From Octopus bimaculoides (lineage: Eukaryota), in the NCBI RefSeq assembly GCF_001194135.2, contig NC_068982.1:156248128-156295968 (forward strand): a stretch of 47,841 bases of DNA, given 5' to 3'. The notes under the pieces are model-generated. The model saw only the letters and a list, made by a program, of their open reading frames with translations. It was not told where the DNA came from and did no database searches. This document shows positions 23,255 through 36,437 of this stretch, piece by piece. Both the position numbers and the translations under genes were made by a program. The stretch's first letter is position 1, and every line of letters begins with the position of its first letter.

Positions 23255-23921
23255 CGATAAACAGAGATGTGAGGAGAGGAAAAGTTGTAAGATGAATGTC
23301 AGGGAATGTGGGAACGAGGGTAGATGAGATGAAAGAATGATAGGGATGATAGCGAAAAGAAAAAGAAAGAAGGAAAAAAAGAAAATAAACAGAAGCTACG
23401 TGTGTAGTGTTGAAATAAAGGTAAAAGTATTATTTGTGAAGAGAATGTGCTTGAGAGTAAATTAAGTATTGAAACAAATAAATAAGTGAATAAATAAACA
23501 GCGCAGTATTTCAGAGGAAATGAGCTGAAACTAAAGTGAAAGTAATAAAAGTAAAGAAGAGTTTGAGTGGATAGTTATGTAGAGTGAAGAGGCAATCTAG
23601 CAAGATATAAAAACAAAATGTCGGGGATGATTGTAAACAAACACAGAAATCATTCAAAGAGAAATATGAGAAGAGAGACAGAGACGGAGAGAAGGGAGAG
23701 AGAGAGAGGGCGGGGAGAAGAGAAAGAGAGGGGGGAGAGAGAAGAGAAAGAGAGGAGAGAGATGGAGGGGAGGAAGAAGGGGGAGAAGTTAAGCAACACA
23801 GAGAGAAAGGGGGGGGATTCGTCCGGAAGATGGAAAAGAAGACGTAGTTGATGAAGAACTAGAAAGTATAGACAAGAGGAAAAGGCAGAAGAGGTTGAGG
23901 AGGAGGAGGAAGAAGAAGAAA

Positions 23922-23957
<36 letters not shown>

Positions 23958-23990
23958 GTGATAGTGATGGTGATGATGAGGATGATGAAG
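23922..23990. repeat. (GAT)n microsatellite within a purine-rich low-complexity tract
   Basis: Direct reading. Confidence 0.9.
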
Positions 23991-24934
23991 AAAAAAGAAG
24001 TAGAAGAAGAAGAACAAAAGAAAACTTGAAATAGATTACGAAGAAAGAAACAAAACAGACGAATGAGCAGAAGAAGCAAATGGGAAAAAGATAGGAAAAC
24101 GTGGAAGACGAATACGATGAAGAGGCGGAGATACATAAAATCAAACAGTGGGAAATTGATACATTACAAAACAAGGCATATAAATATATACAAGTTAAGA
24201 TCAATAATAAAAAACAAAAACAAAGACATAACAGAAGATACCTATTGATTTCGTTTCTATATCAACTGAAGAACAAACACTGTAGTTCGAGACTAACGAA
24301 GATGTAGTTAGTGATTTTGTGCCAAGAGGTAATCTGTGTTTTTAGTGGATTATTTGATGATAGAGTCTGAGGAGTGGTTGTTGGTAAACAAACTAAATTT
24401 TCGTATGTACATGTAGAACTTCCTGTTTATAAAATGAAAAATAACATTTTTCAATAAGTGAAAGAAAATTATGTATATATCTTGCCAGAATCAAATACCG
24501 TTTGATTAGAATTTAAGGAAACATTTCCAGGGAAACAGATATTAGTGATTATAAGCATCAGTCTGAGACTGAGAAGAGAAACAAATCTAATAAAGTAAGC
24601 TTATAGAATGGAAAATTTGCTGAAGATGCAGAATAAAATGCTTTGGGTCATATGTTTCTGGTTCTTGATGTTCAGAGTTCCAATTCAACTGGATTCGACT
24701 TGGTCCGTCATTATTATGCGATAAAACAAAGTACAACTAAAGTACTAGACTCATTATTATAGAATATTCTCCTGCTTTGGGACCTAATTTCATTGATGGA
24801 GTCATGATATAGATGGTACTTTAGGCATTTTCAGACCTAACGGAGACCATCCTTTTGCAGGTCTGACTACAGTTGATTTATTTTATAGAAATATTACATA
24901 CGCAGAAAGGAAAGGGAAAAGAGATAGACAAAGT

Positions 24935-25002
<68 letters not shown>

Positions 25003-25089
25003 ACGAGAGAGAGTGTATGTGAGAGAGAGCGCGGGCGAGAAAGATAGGGGAAGGGTGAGAGAGAGATAGAGAGGGCGAGAGTAAGAGAA

Positions 25090-25230
25090 AAATCGACGAA
25101 TACAAGACTTATTTTGTTTATCGACACCGAAAGAAAGGAAAGAAAAGCGGACGTAAGCGGGATTCGAACTCAGAGGGTAGTCAACCAGAACTATTATCGT
25201 AAACAATCTATCCGACACGCTTAAAGACTG
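25090..25230 (-). mobile_element. SINE family B, degenerate
   Basis: Minus strand has B-box GAGTTCGAATCCC followed by TTTCGGTGTCGATAAA, as in family B. Confidence 0.65.
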
Positions 25231-25512
25231 TTATATACTCCAGAATACCAGCTCAGGAGAAAAAGCTGATGGGTCAATACCTATATTCGAAATCTATATT
25301 ATGTAAAACGAAATTTGTCTTGAGAAATCTCTGCATTTATCCTATTCTGTAGAAATCTCCCCATAGCAGTACTTTAGAATTTCTAAATCTAAATAATTTT
25401 TTATAAGGATTGATGGTGGTGTAGAACGTCCTTCTAACATCGTATTTCAGTTGATTTACAAACGTTAAGAACCCTACTGGATGTTCTCGTCATTTCGTTT
25501 TTCAATGGATAT

Positions 25513-25873
25513 TTATCTTTTATCTTTTACTTGTTTGCCTTTAGATTGAGGCCATCTTGGGGCACCAACTTCAAGAATTTTCCCTCGAATGTATCGACCC
25601 CAGGACTTAATGTTTTCGCTAAGCCTGGTACTTATTCTATCAGATTCCTTTACTGAACCGCTAAGTAAATACATCAACACTCGTTGTCAAGCCGAATATA
25701 CACACAAATGCACACAAAGACGGGTTTCTTACAGTTTCCGTCTACCAAATCCACTCTCAAGGCCTTAGATGGCCCGAGGCCATCTAAGACACTTTCCCAA
25801 GGTGCCACACAGTTGGCCTGAATCCGGAACCATGTGGTTAGGAAGCAAGCTTCTTACCACACAGCCACGCCTG
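25513..25873 (-). mobile_element. SINE family A, near full length (tRNA-derived head, CORE-like segment)
   Basis: Minus strand: CAGGCGTGGCTGTGTGGTAAGAAGCTTGCTTCCTAACCACATGGTTCCGG...GGCACCTTGGGAAAGTGTCTT (resembles the CORE-SINE ACCTTGGGCAAGT segment)...GGATTTGGTAGACGGAAACTG...AAGTAAAAGATAAAAGATAA. Confidence 0.9.
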
Positions 25874-28800
25874 AGTATATGAGGCACTAATTTGTAGATT
25901 CGTTTTGTACATTCCTCCTTTCACCATGTTTGATGTATTACATTTCCTTTATCTCGTCGTACCTATGTATAATAAACACTAAGTAGGAGACCGTACATGC
26001 ATACATGTGTGTGTGTGTACATAGACAGCATTTCTTTGAGGAATACTATCAATTACTCATGCAGTTTTACGCTCCATGCTAGCCAAAGAAAGACCGTCAA
26101 ATTATCCAAAAGGATAAAAGGCGAAGTTGATCTCCGTGTTATTGTTTATTTTTGTTAAGGCTTGGAAGTAAACGTAATCTAAATGGCAGTGAGGGGAAGT
26201 AATGAGAAAATATATATTCAGTATTTGTTTCACAGGAAGTATAGGATTAAGTTTTAAAACAGAAATAATGCAAAAAAAAAAAGAGAAAAATTTGTAGACA
26301 TCGATGCCATATCTGTATCAGTGACAAAATATAGTTATATTTTCAAATGGATGTTAAATGTTCAGAATAACAGAAAGCAAGAAAATTAATAATAAAAAAA
26401 TTAGCATACACAGGAAGATATTATTTCTCACAACTATAGCGATATGAACTAGAAAAACTATCATAACATGTTCTCTGTAGAACTACGTATAAATGAAGTG
26501 AAGAATAATGATAAGTACAAAGTGGTACAAAACACGAACAAAAAAAAAAGTGTTTATTATCTTCAAGGATGTCGACAAATACAAACCTGGGGTTAAAGTG
26601 ATAAACATCTGCAGGGATAGGGAACGAGAGATAACCACAAGAATTGTAAAAAAAATTAAGATTGACCAAAGAATTAGTCCCAGAATTCTACGCTAAAACG
26701 ATGGCTAGAAAATACGCTGCATACTCAATCACTGACAAAAGTGACTAGTATTAAAAGCTGAGATTTTACGACTATGGTTTTCAGAATAAGTTGAAATCTT
26801 TCCAGACAGAAACTAGAAAAAAAAAAACTTGTAAAGAAACAAGATACCTTGTGTGATTGCCGAATGTAAGGAGTCGAGGAAGGAGCAGTTAATCCCGTAT
26901 TCTCTGGTTGCTATATCATAGCCAAGAGAGAATACATACATAAGTATGTTAGATATGATGCCTTCAAAATCTGCTCACATTATGCAATATTAATGGGAAA
27001 GAGGTGATATAAGCCTACACACTACGAAAGGTTTCAGCGAATGGTAAAGCTAGCAGATACTGGCATGTGCCAATACGCGTAGAGGGAACAAAGCTAACAA
27101 ATTAGATGGTATTTTCAAGGACCACCAATAAAGGAAACGCCACTTCATCGAAGTAACAGTCCAAATAGAAAATAATGTATCCCCAAGAAAACATTATTTA
27201 AATATAATGTCTGAAAGTGGAGATACTGGTAAGTGCAGATAAATACGTAGCCAAAGCTGTCAGCGCTTAAACATATACAGAACGAACTATGTACTGCACA
27301 CATATATAAGGTAGAGTATTTTTATTCCAATAGAATATATAAATTCAAACCTAAGCATTGCTCGTACGCAAGGCACACAGAGCTGCGTTAAGCCGTACTG
27401 TGAAAGCAAGCAATAAAGAGAAATCTGCTGGAAAATAATAACATTACAAATACTACTAATAATAATATTAAAATGAAAAAAACTTTAAAAAGAACAACAT
27501 TTTTTGAAGAACTACTAAACAAAACATTTCAACGATTTTTGTGTTTCAGCATGTTTTATTTCACTTCTCATCTCGTTTATAAGAGATGTATAGGAACAAT
27601 GTCGCATTTCCTCTCTCTTTGTGCAATCTTTCAAACACAGGCGCTGATTGGTTGTGTAGAAAACACAAACGTCTTATATTTCTCGCAGTTTATTTCGCGC
27701 TTGGCTTAAGACTCACACAAATCAATCTGTCATTCGAAGTGATATTCTGTACAGTTTCCTTGCCACACACTTATTTATATATTAAATAACACAAGTTTTA
27801 TGGTTTATACAGTTTCACTGCAGTTTGCTGCAACTGTATGGTTCATTTACAATATTTCTGCTGCAGTGCATTTGTTGCTCGTTGGAAATTTTCTTTTCAT
27901 TTTCTTTTCATTTTTTTTCGTTTTAGCTTAAGAAAAATAAGGTGGAAATACTTGTACATGTGTTTTATATGTTACACGAGTACGTTTTATGCAATATGCA
28001 TAGACACACGCACGCACAAACACACAGAAAAACACACGCACACATACACAGACACAGATACATTGATAACGTTAAGCATTTTCGTTTTTCTTTCTAGATT
28101 TTTCTTCCTCAATATTATTTCCCCCTTTGCTTATTTAAACACGTATAAATATAGAAATACACATTCACTCGCACATAATACGTACATACATCCATGCTTA
28201 CATCTATTCGTAGATACATCCATACATACATGTACGCATACATACATTGATACATACATACATTGATACATAGATACGCGTACATTTTAATATTTCACTC
28301 TCTTACTTGCATATCTATTCTCTTATTCTATGTACGTACATATACCCATATGTATGCTCATTGGTATATACACATGTTTGTGTATCCATATATGCATGTA
28401 CACAATTACATATATATACATGTATATACGTGTATGTGTGTGTATATGTGTGCGTGTGTATGTATAAAACGCATAAACTCACATGACTACAGATGAACCA
28501 AGGATGCGCTCACACTTATATGCACTGCGTATATAAATATTAAATTTTCTCAGCAGATACACGAGGTTTGGCAACGTCTTTTTTTCATAACTACCACCAG
28601 AAGTAAATGCGATTTTTTTCTCCATAATATGATTACTTTAAAAGCCGTTACGCACAATACACTCCAACTCGTTTGTCAATCTGACAAGGTTAAACATGCA
28701 ATATAGCTATCAACATACATGTATTTTCTAAATTACAGCAGAGATAACAAGGTAATTATAAACGGTTCGGTAGTGTAATCAATTTTTTGGCATTTTAGAT

Positions 28801-30176
28801 ACAGAGCAACTCTAATCGTAGCATTCCATATATGACAATCCAATCTTTTCTTCAAAGTATATTACGTATTGTGAGTTTGTCTTTTTTTTTTCTAAGGTTG
28901 TATGGTTCGAAGTAATATTGGCTATAATTTTTAGACGGTTAAGAAACCACCAAGAGGTTCCTTTATTGACACCTTGGATAGGTGTTTTGTGTATACCTGA
29001 TATATGATAGTTTCCCAATTCAGGATTGGTGAAGCCAAAATGAAGTTAATTGATAACCCGCAAGTCAGGTTGATGTTAACCATTGCTCACTCAAATGATA
29101 CCCTGTGACATAAGCAGGGAAGTGGCTGGCACGAATGTGACCACTTTGTGAGTGTATAAGCACATCCAATAGTCGAAAGTGATACGGATGTGAGGCCCTA
29201 CTCAATGCCTATTTTTATACCTAGATGTGACACTAACCTAGCTTATGTAACGGATGATTTGCTGTTCTGTCAAGCGGTACAGTTTTATGATGTAACCTTC
29301 ATCTGGACAGGAAGTATTTGGTTCACGGGTTTGTTCTGGAGCCCTGAACTAAGTGACTCTATTGAGGTATCTTGGGTCATTATAGCATATTCAATTCAAG
29401 GATCGCTTACTACATGGGGTATACCGAAAACAGTTGCTATCTATGCATAAATATTTTTTCCTTTCATTTAGTCATTTGAAAATGGCTGTATCCATAGCTA
29501 TCACTACATCATATGACAGACACAACGATAAAGTTCCACTTGACTGTTGCAAGTCAATCGTAGCAGAAATGAAATAAAACGGATGCTGGAAAGGAATTCG
29601 AGGGCTACTATAAAATACTGTCTAGAGTAGAAAAGAATATATTAGAGCTCTTGGAGAAACTATTACCTACACAAAGGAAGCGAGGCCACGTAAAAAATTA
29701 TTTCATTCATGGTGTTCTAAATATTGTGTTGCATATTTGAAACGTATTATAAATTACATATTTTTTTTTTAATAAACAAGTATTTTCATCGCTATGGAAA
29801 TTATACTAAGGAGTTACACGTCATATACCACTATGGACAGAAAACTTCTGGTTACACGACATATACTTGCTCACCAAGGAATAGGTCTCACAAGTTTATA
29901 ATCTTAGGAGACGTCATCAGGGAAAGAGCATAGACGTTCATAGCTATTTGGAGTGTATACAAACTAGGACTGATTAAAGGAATTTTCATAAGGGTAAATA
30001 TGCTGACATGTAGATTAAATAGTTAACCCATAGCCCATTGCAGAACGCATCTGATTAATTTGAAAGATGTAAGGTTAATCGTTTACACTAAGTACGCCGT
30101 ACGCAATTCTCACCTCGTTGTGAACAGTAAATAAAGTGAGAAATTAAATGTACATAAATTACAGACAGACAGACAG

Positions 30177-30208
<32 letters not shown>

Positions 30209-31374
30209 GTATATAAATATATATGCATGTATATTTATTATGCACGTATGTGTGAGCGTGTGTGTGGATATGTGTGTGTATTTATTGCCAAGCTAATGAT
30301 GTAAACCATTATCAACCGGAAATCGAAACATGAGCACAATCTCCACCTACCGGAAGGTTACATCTATTCATGTATAGCAGCACTATTAAGAATCAATATT
30401 TAACATTACGCGACATGCGATAACAATGCTGACAGCAACAACAGCAACAGCGATAAAAGTACACACTTTCATACATATATACACATAGACAATATATTCT
30501 AAAACATAAGTTTTAAAATATATATTAATTGTTAAAAGCATTAAACAGCATGTATGGATCAATCAGATTGTGTATTAGGGCGCAGTAAATGTCTTCTTAC
30601 CTGACATTGAGATTTTTGGACAAATATAAACAAATGAGTTTTGTTACTTTTGCTGATAACAGAAAAAAATGGAGGATTAACTTGGCCAGGCTTCGAATAG
30701 TTAGATTCATCTTCTGGAGTCACCTGACTAGCTCTTCGGTCACCGAAGGTCCTTACTGCAGTTATTTGCTTACCTGTCAAAATCTCACAGCTTCGGCAAC
30801 AAATATGTATGTATGTATGTATATATNNNNNNNNNNNNNNNNNNNNNNNNNNNNNNNNNNNNNNNNNNNNNNNNNNNNNNNNNNNNNNNNNNNNNNNNNN
30901 NNNNNNNNNNNNNNNNNNNNNNNNNNNNNNNNNNNNNNNNNNNNNNNNNNNNNNNNNNNNNNNNNNNNNNNNNNNNNNNNNNNNNNNNNNNNNNNNNNNN
31001 NNNNNNNNNNNNNNNNNNNNNNNNNNNNNNNNNNNNNNNNNNNNNNNNNNNNNNNNNNNNNNNNNNNNNNNNNNNNNNNNNNNNNNNNNNNNNNNNNNNN
31101 NNNNNNNNNNNNNNNNNNNNNNNNNNNNNNNNNNNNNNNNNNNNNNNNNNNNNNNNNNNNNNNNNNNNNNNNNNNNNNNNNNNNNNNNNNNNNNNNNNNN
31201 NNNNNNNNNNNNNNNNNNNNNNNNNNNNNNNNNNNNNNNNNNNNNNNNNNNNNNNNNNNNNNNNNNNNNNNNNNNNNNNNNNNNNNNNNNNNNNNNNNNN
31301 NNNNNNNNNNNNNNNNNNNNNNNNNNNNNNNNNNNNNNNNNNNNNNNNNNNNNNNNNNNNATATATACATAAGA

Positions 31375-32030
31375 GAGAGTAAAAATAATAAGTAATCTTG
31401 TTTTTTCAATGTTTACACAAAAGCAAGGGACAAACAAATATGTCATTTTTCTATATAGTCTCCTTTTTTTCAATGCACTTGGTCAAGCAGTCTACAAGCT
31501 TGGGTATTCTCTCCAAGAAAAAGGTTTTCGGTTGGTCGTGCAACCATCTATGCGCCACTTTCTTCACATCTTCATCCGTAGGAAATCGACGACTTCGTAA
31601 ATCATCTTTGACAGTCGAAAGGGGCGAGATCGGAGCTGTAGTCAGGGTGTTCCAGCACCTCGAAACCCAATTGGTTAATGGTTTCCACGGTCTGGGTGAC
31701 CGTGTGTGGGCGTGCATTGTCATGCAGCAACGAAACTGTCTTTGACAATAAGCTCTGGCGTTTGGTGCAAATTGCTGGCTTCAGTTTGTTGGCCAGCAAA
31801 GCACTGTATTTTGCACTTTCCTAGAGAAATCGGATCACCTCTTTTTGTTCTTTGGTGCACATCGCTAGTAGAGCGGCCATGCTTACACTGTAAGGCCAGA
31901 AAGAAAAATGGCGCGATCAGGCTCAAACCTCGATCATGTGACCACAATAGTACCACTGTAAGCACGCATTCGCAGAAGATAATAAAGATATGTTATGGTG
32001 AAAGTGAGGATAGTTTTTGACTTCCCTTCG
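31375..32030 (-). mobile_element. Internally deleted mariner (DD34D-type) element
   Basis: Minus-strand terminus TA|CGAAGGGAAGTCAAAAACTATCC. N-terminal remnant MCTKEQKEVIRFL is fused to the C-terminal LANKLKPAICTKRQSLLSKTVSLLHDNARPHT...LEHPDYSSDLAP and RRFPTDEDVKKVAHRWLHDQPKTFFLERIPKLVDCLTKCIEK. The other TIR is absent or in the gap. Confidence 0.92.
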
Positions 32031-33030
32031 TACAAATACAAATATATAAAATTATATATATACACACACATACTCTTATACTCATGTGCTGTACACAACC
32101 ACAAATACACACATACCCGCGTGCTCACGCACACCCAACCACCCACACGTATGTAATAAATACTCCATAAATTCAGCTAGTTTATTTAAAAGACATTGGT
32201 CGTATACACAACAATTTTCAAGTTGCTTGTGCATCATTCTCAAGGAGTAATTCCCTAGATTTGACGAATTTCTATTCCTACGTCTTCTTAAAACACATTC
32301 ATACACACAGAAACGCATGTACACACACGCACGCATACATATACATGTGTGTTTGTGCCTGGAGGTGTGTATGTGTTTGCGTATGCAATATGCTTAAAGT
32401 TGTGTATAAAATTAGCAAAGACTAGGGGCACTTATACGTACATTAGCGTGTGTGTATATGTATTTAAATTCCTCTACAATTATGCATATTATCTGTGTTT
32501 ATGTAAATATGGTTTTATGTACAGCTACTAATCACAACTAACCGCTTCATATTAATAGGTCTGCTTTATCTCCCTTCCCCCTACATCCTTGGAAACCACT
32601 CACCATAATTAATACTGCTTCACTCACACTCGCTTTCTATAACTGTTTTTAACAACCTATCCTCACTTTCCTCTATGTATATGTACACATACACACATAC
32701 AGACATAGCTGCTGTTTTCTTTCCCCCATCTTCTCTTCTTTCTCAAGTGTCTTTCCTTCTCAATGGAAATCTCCTGCGGTCGGGTGTGGTCCCATCTTGT
32801 ACAGAAGATTCGCTTAACATATTTCATTCTTGCTGTGATACTTATGAAAGGGGCTTGATTAATTCAATTGGGTCTCTCTTTTAAAATAACCGGACCGCCA
32901 ACATAGATTCCCTTAAACTAAGTTACATTGATGCATGCATTGAAGCAAACATACACGCACACTCACACATACACACACGCATACACACACACACACACAC
33001 ACACTGGCATGTTTCCATGGACCTATGTAT

Positions 33031-33061
<31 letters not shown>

Positions 33062-33432
33062 CCATACAAGATTATAATACAAGATTATAAAAAAAAGAAT
33101 TTCTCCGCAAACAGGCTTACGGACTTACACACACACACACACACACACACACNNNNNNNNNNNNNNNNNNNNNNNNNNNNNNNNNNNNNNNNNNNNNNNN
33201 NNNNNNNNNNNNNNNNNNNNNNNNNNNNNNNNNNNNNNNNNNNNNNNNNNNNNNNNNNNNNNNNNNNNNNNNNNNNNNNNNNNNNNNNNNNNNNNNNNNN
33301 NNNNNNNNNNNNNNNNNNNNNNNNNNNNNNNNNNNNNNNNNNNNNNNNNNNNNNNNNNNNNNNNNNNNNNNNNNNNNNNNNNNNNNNNNNNNNNNNNNNN
33401 NNNNNNNNNNNNNNNNNNNNNNNNNNNNNNNN

Positions 33433-33472
<40 letters not shown>

Positions 33473-33690
33473 CACACACACACACACACTGTGGAAAATA
33501 TATTCGCATAATATCGCCGCGAGATATTTTACTGTCGTGCATTTTCGCCTCTAGCAAATCTACTCAATATCTGAGCAGCAAAAGAGATAAAGACTGTTAT
33601 AATACAGAGTGATATATTGCTGAAAGCGGGACAGACACGGAGGAAAGAGTAACGGGGATGGATGGATAAGGGAGAGGGAGTGAGAGAGAT

Positions 33691-33747
<57 letters not shown>

Positions 33748-33928
33748 AGAACTAGAGAGAGGAGACAATTGCAGTCGAGATATTAACGCAGGGCGTTAAA
33801 CATATACTTATATATGTATGTATATAGAAAATTAGATAAGAAAAAGTTACGTAGTGAGGGTAGTGTACAAGCATTTTATATTCGTTGTAGTACGCAATTT
33901 GTCTGTATTTCTCCCTCTCTCGTCATGG

Positions 33929-33988
<60 letters not shown>

Positions 33989-34000
33989 ATGTATACGATG

Positions 34001-34357
34001 TTCTTTTATTCTTTTACTTGTTTCAGTCATTCGATTGTGGCCATGCTGGAGCACCACCTTTGAGGGTTCTTTAGACAAACGAATCGACCTCAGGACTTAT
34101 TCTTTGTTAGCCTAGTACTTATTCAATCGGTCCCCAAGACCGAACTGCTTATTTACGGGGGACGTAAGCACACCTACATCGATTGTCAAGTGATGTTAGG
34201 CGGGGACACACACACACACACAAACACATTATACGACGGACTTCTTTCAGTTTCCGTCTACCAAATCCACTCACAAGGCTTTGGTCGACCCGAGGCTATA
34301 GTAGAAGATACTTGTCGTTCGGATGCAAGCTTCTTACCACAGACGCACGCCTGCGCC
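34001..34357 (-). mobile_element. SINE family A, near full length with a deletion in the head
   Basis: Minus strand: GGCGCAGGCGTGCGTCTGTGGTAAGAAGCTTGC...GCCTTGTGAGTGGATTTGGTAGACGGAAACTGAAAGAAGTCCGTCG...GGTGGTGCTCCAGCATGGCCAC...ACTGAAACAAGTAAAAGAATAAAAGAA. Confidence 0.92.
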
Positions 34358-34381
34358 TGTATATATATATGCTCATATGTA

Positions 34382-34435
<54 letters not shown>

Positions 34436-34898
34436 ACGTTCATACACATGCATAATGCCACAAACACACACACGCTCATATCTTTACGTGGTTGTATGTG
34501 CATGTGTATGCGTAAATGCTAAATGAATTTTACTGAAGTTCATTTCATATTACATGATGACTAGTAATAGAAGTATACACATACGTAGACGCACCCAAAC
34601 ACGTATGTGTATATATATATTGTTATATATATATTGTTATAAATATATTGTTATATTTGGTTCTTTTTCGTTTATTATAGTTCTTATTTTATCTTATGTC
34701 CAATGTCTGGAAATCGTTCGTCACCCATCTGTGACCTCTTCAGCAATTCTTCCACCCAAGTGTATTCTCCTGTTCTGTTTAGTCCGTTCTGTCTTTCTAT
34801 GATGTATCCTTATCTGCGCATGCATTTGCACCTGTGTCTGTGTACACACACACACACACACACATACACACACACACACACACACACANNNNNNNNNN

Positions 34899-34940
<42 letters not shown>

Positions 34941-35229
34941 CAAACAAAATTTTATTGATACCATAAGAAAATGCAGAAAATGATATCATGCAGAATTCTG
35001 TTTCAACTAAGACAAGATAATTGATGTTGGGAATGTGACATAACCATTTTCTCATCTTTCCAGAGATAGATTAGTCGCCTATAGCTATTTACATTATATA
35101 AATAATAGGACTGAGTTAAACTAGTTACTCTGTTTTGCATAACGGTACCGCCAATGAAAGCGTAAATTGCTGCATTTACATAACGTATACTAATATACTA
35201 TACTAGATAGAAGTTTTTTTTATAGTTTT

Positions 35230-36200
35230 ACATAGTTACGCCACACTTGACCTCTGGAAACCACCTACAACACAACAGTCTGTGTCCGATAGCTTAGAAG
35301 ACCGCGCAGGCGAACTTAGCAAACCAACTTGCTTAGAGCGGAAGAAGCAGTAGTCAAAGAAGTCAGGAGAGTTGAAACAAAGCAAACGAAACCGTTGAGT
35401 ATAACCAAAATACAAGAATTTTAATTAAGAGGCCAATAATATTTATGGAAAAAATAAACAGTTCTTTTGAGAGTTTTTCGAGAGTTCTTTCATTTACCTC
35501 TGAAATATGTAGGCTTCTTTTTAGTGAGCTCTTCTTTTATTCACCAATCTAATAACTTATGTTGTATCTTTTTTTATTTCTATCTTTTTTTTTGCGACTG
35601 GACTCTTGTTACTACCGAATTCACGGTACCATTCCGCCTTCTTAACGTTGTGAAGTTTACTATTTTAGCAGCCAGTTCAAAACTGATCACATTAACCGAT
35701 GAAACCAACATCACTTTCGACACCAACTACTGTATCAACTGTTCCACACGAATTTTGCCAGCACCATTTCACACAACGACCGCATAGCACCAGCTACTAC
35801 ATAAAATACCGCTCGCGTTGACTTTCATCACGTCGTCCCGTCGCACATCGTCTTCCAGCACTAACTCACTACGTGGGCAAAAGTAGTCCTTCTATTTCGC
35901 CTACACATGTAAAAACGCGCCAAAATCATACCACCTACGCTTTAAACAGTCACGTGACCATAAAAAATTATATTTTTCGTGTTCACTTGCAAAACCTGAG
36001 AGTGGTGTTCTAATTTGCGTCGTACGAATTTATTATTCACTATCAAGAATATGAATTTATTATTTATCAAGACTACAGCATACACGTGATCACAAAAACA
36101 CAAATTTCACAACTTGTGAAGTAATCACAGTGTTGACGCTCGGCAAACTGCCTAATGAAGGTCACTGCTAGCCCTCACTGCGCACGCGGCGTACGAATTT
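35230..36200. promoter_or_regulatory. Candidate Pol II promoter region (motif cluster, locally CpG-rich)
   Basis: E2F-type TTTTGGCGCG (minus, 35916-35925), palindromic E-box GTCACGTGAC (35949-35958), second CACGTG (36083-36088), NRF1-like TGCGCACGCG (36179-36188), ETS-like GCGGAAG (35338-35344). No transcript evidence. Confidence 0.45.
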
Positions 36201-36236
36201 ATTATTATTTATCAAGAATGTGAATTTATTATTTAT
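36021..36236. repeat. Imperfect direct repeat pair (about 46 bp) at 36021-36066 and 36190-36236
   Basis: Both begin CGTACGAATTTATTATT and continue TATCAAGAAT(A/G)TGAATTTATTATTTAT. Confidence 0.8.
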
Positions 36237-36282
36237 TATTCTTTGTCAAGAGAAGAATTGACACTCACTTTCAATTTTAAAC

Positions 36283-36437
36283 TTGTCAAGTACGACCTTC
36301 CTCAGCACTATCCCTCCATATTTACGAAGAAAATATGAATAATTAAAAAAATATTACCTTATTCGTATTTTTTTTAATTATTCATATTTTCTTCTTAAAT
36401 ATGGAGGGATAATGCTGAAGAAGGTCGTGCTTGACAA
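36283..36437. repeat. Long inverted repeat (about 71-bp arms, 12-nt loop)
   Basis: TTGTCAAGTACGACCTTCCTCAGCACTATCCCTCCATATTTACGAAGAAAATATGAATAATTAAAAAAATA pairs with 36366-36437, with four substitutions and one extra T in the homopolymer. Confidence 0.95.

Noticed and set aside
23860-24136. Acidic E/D-rich reading resembling a nucleolin- or prothymosin-like domain
   Set aside because: It is (GAG/GAA/GAT)n low-complexity sequence with stops and no splice context.
28980-29400. Possible I-group LINE C-terminal remnant on the minus strand (HSQSGHIRA, QLTSFWLH)
   Set aside because: The resemblance is too weak and stop-ridden to support a call without a profile search.
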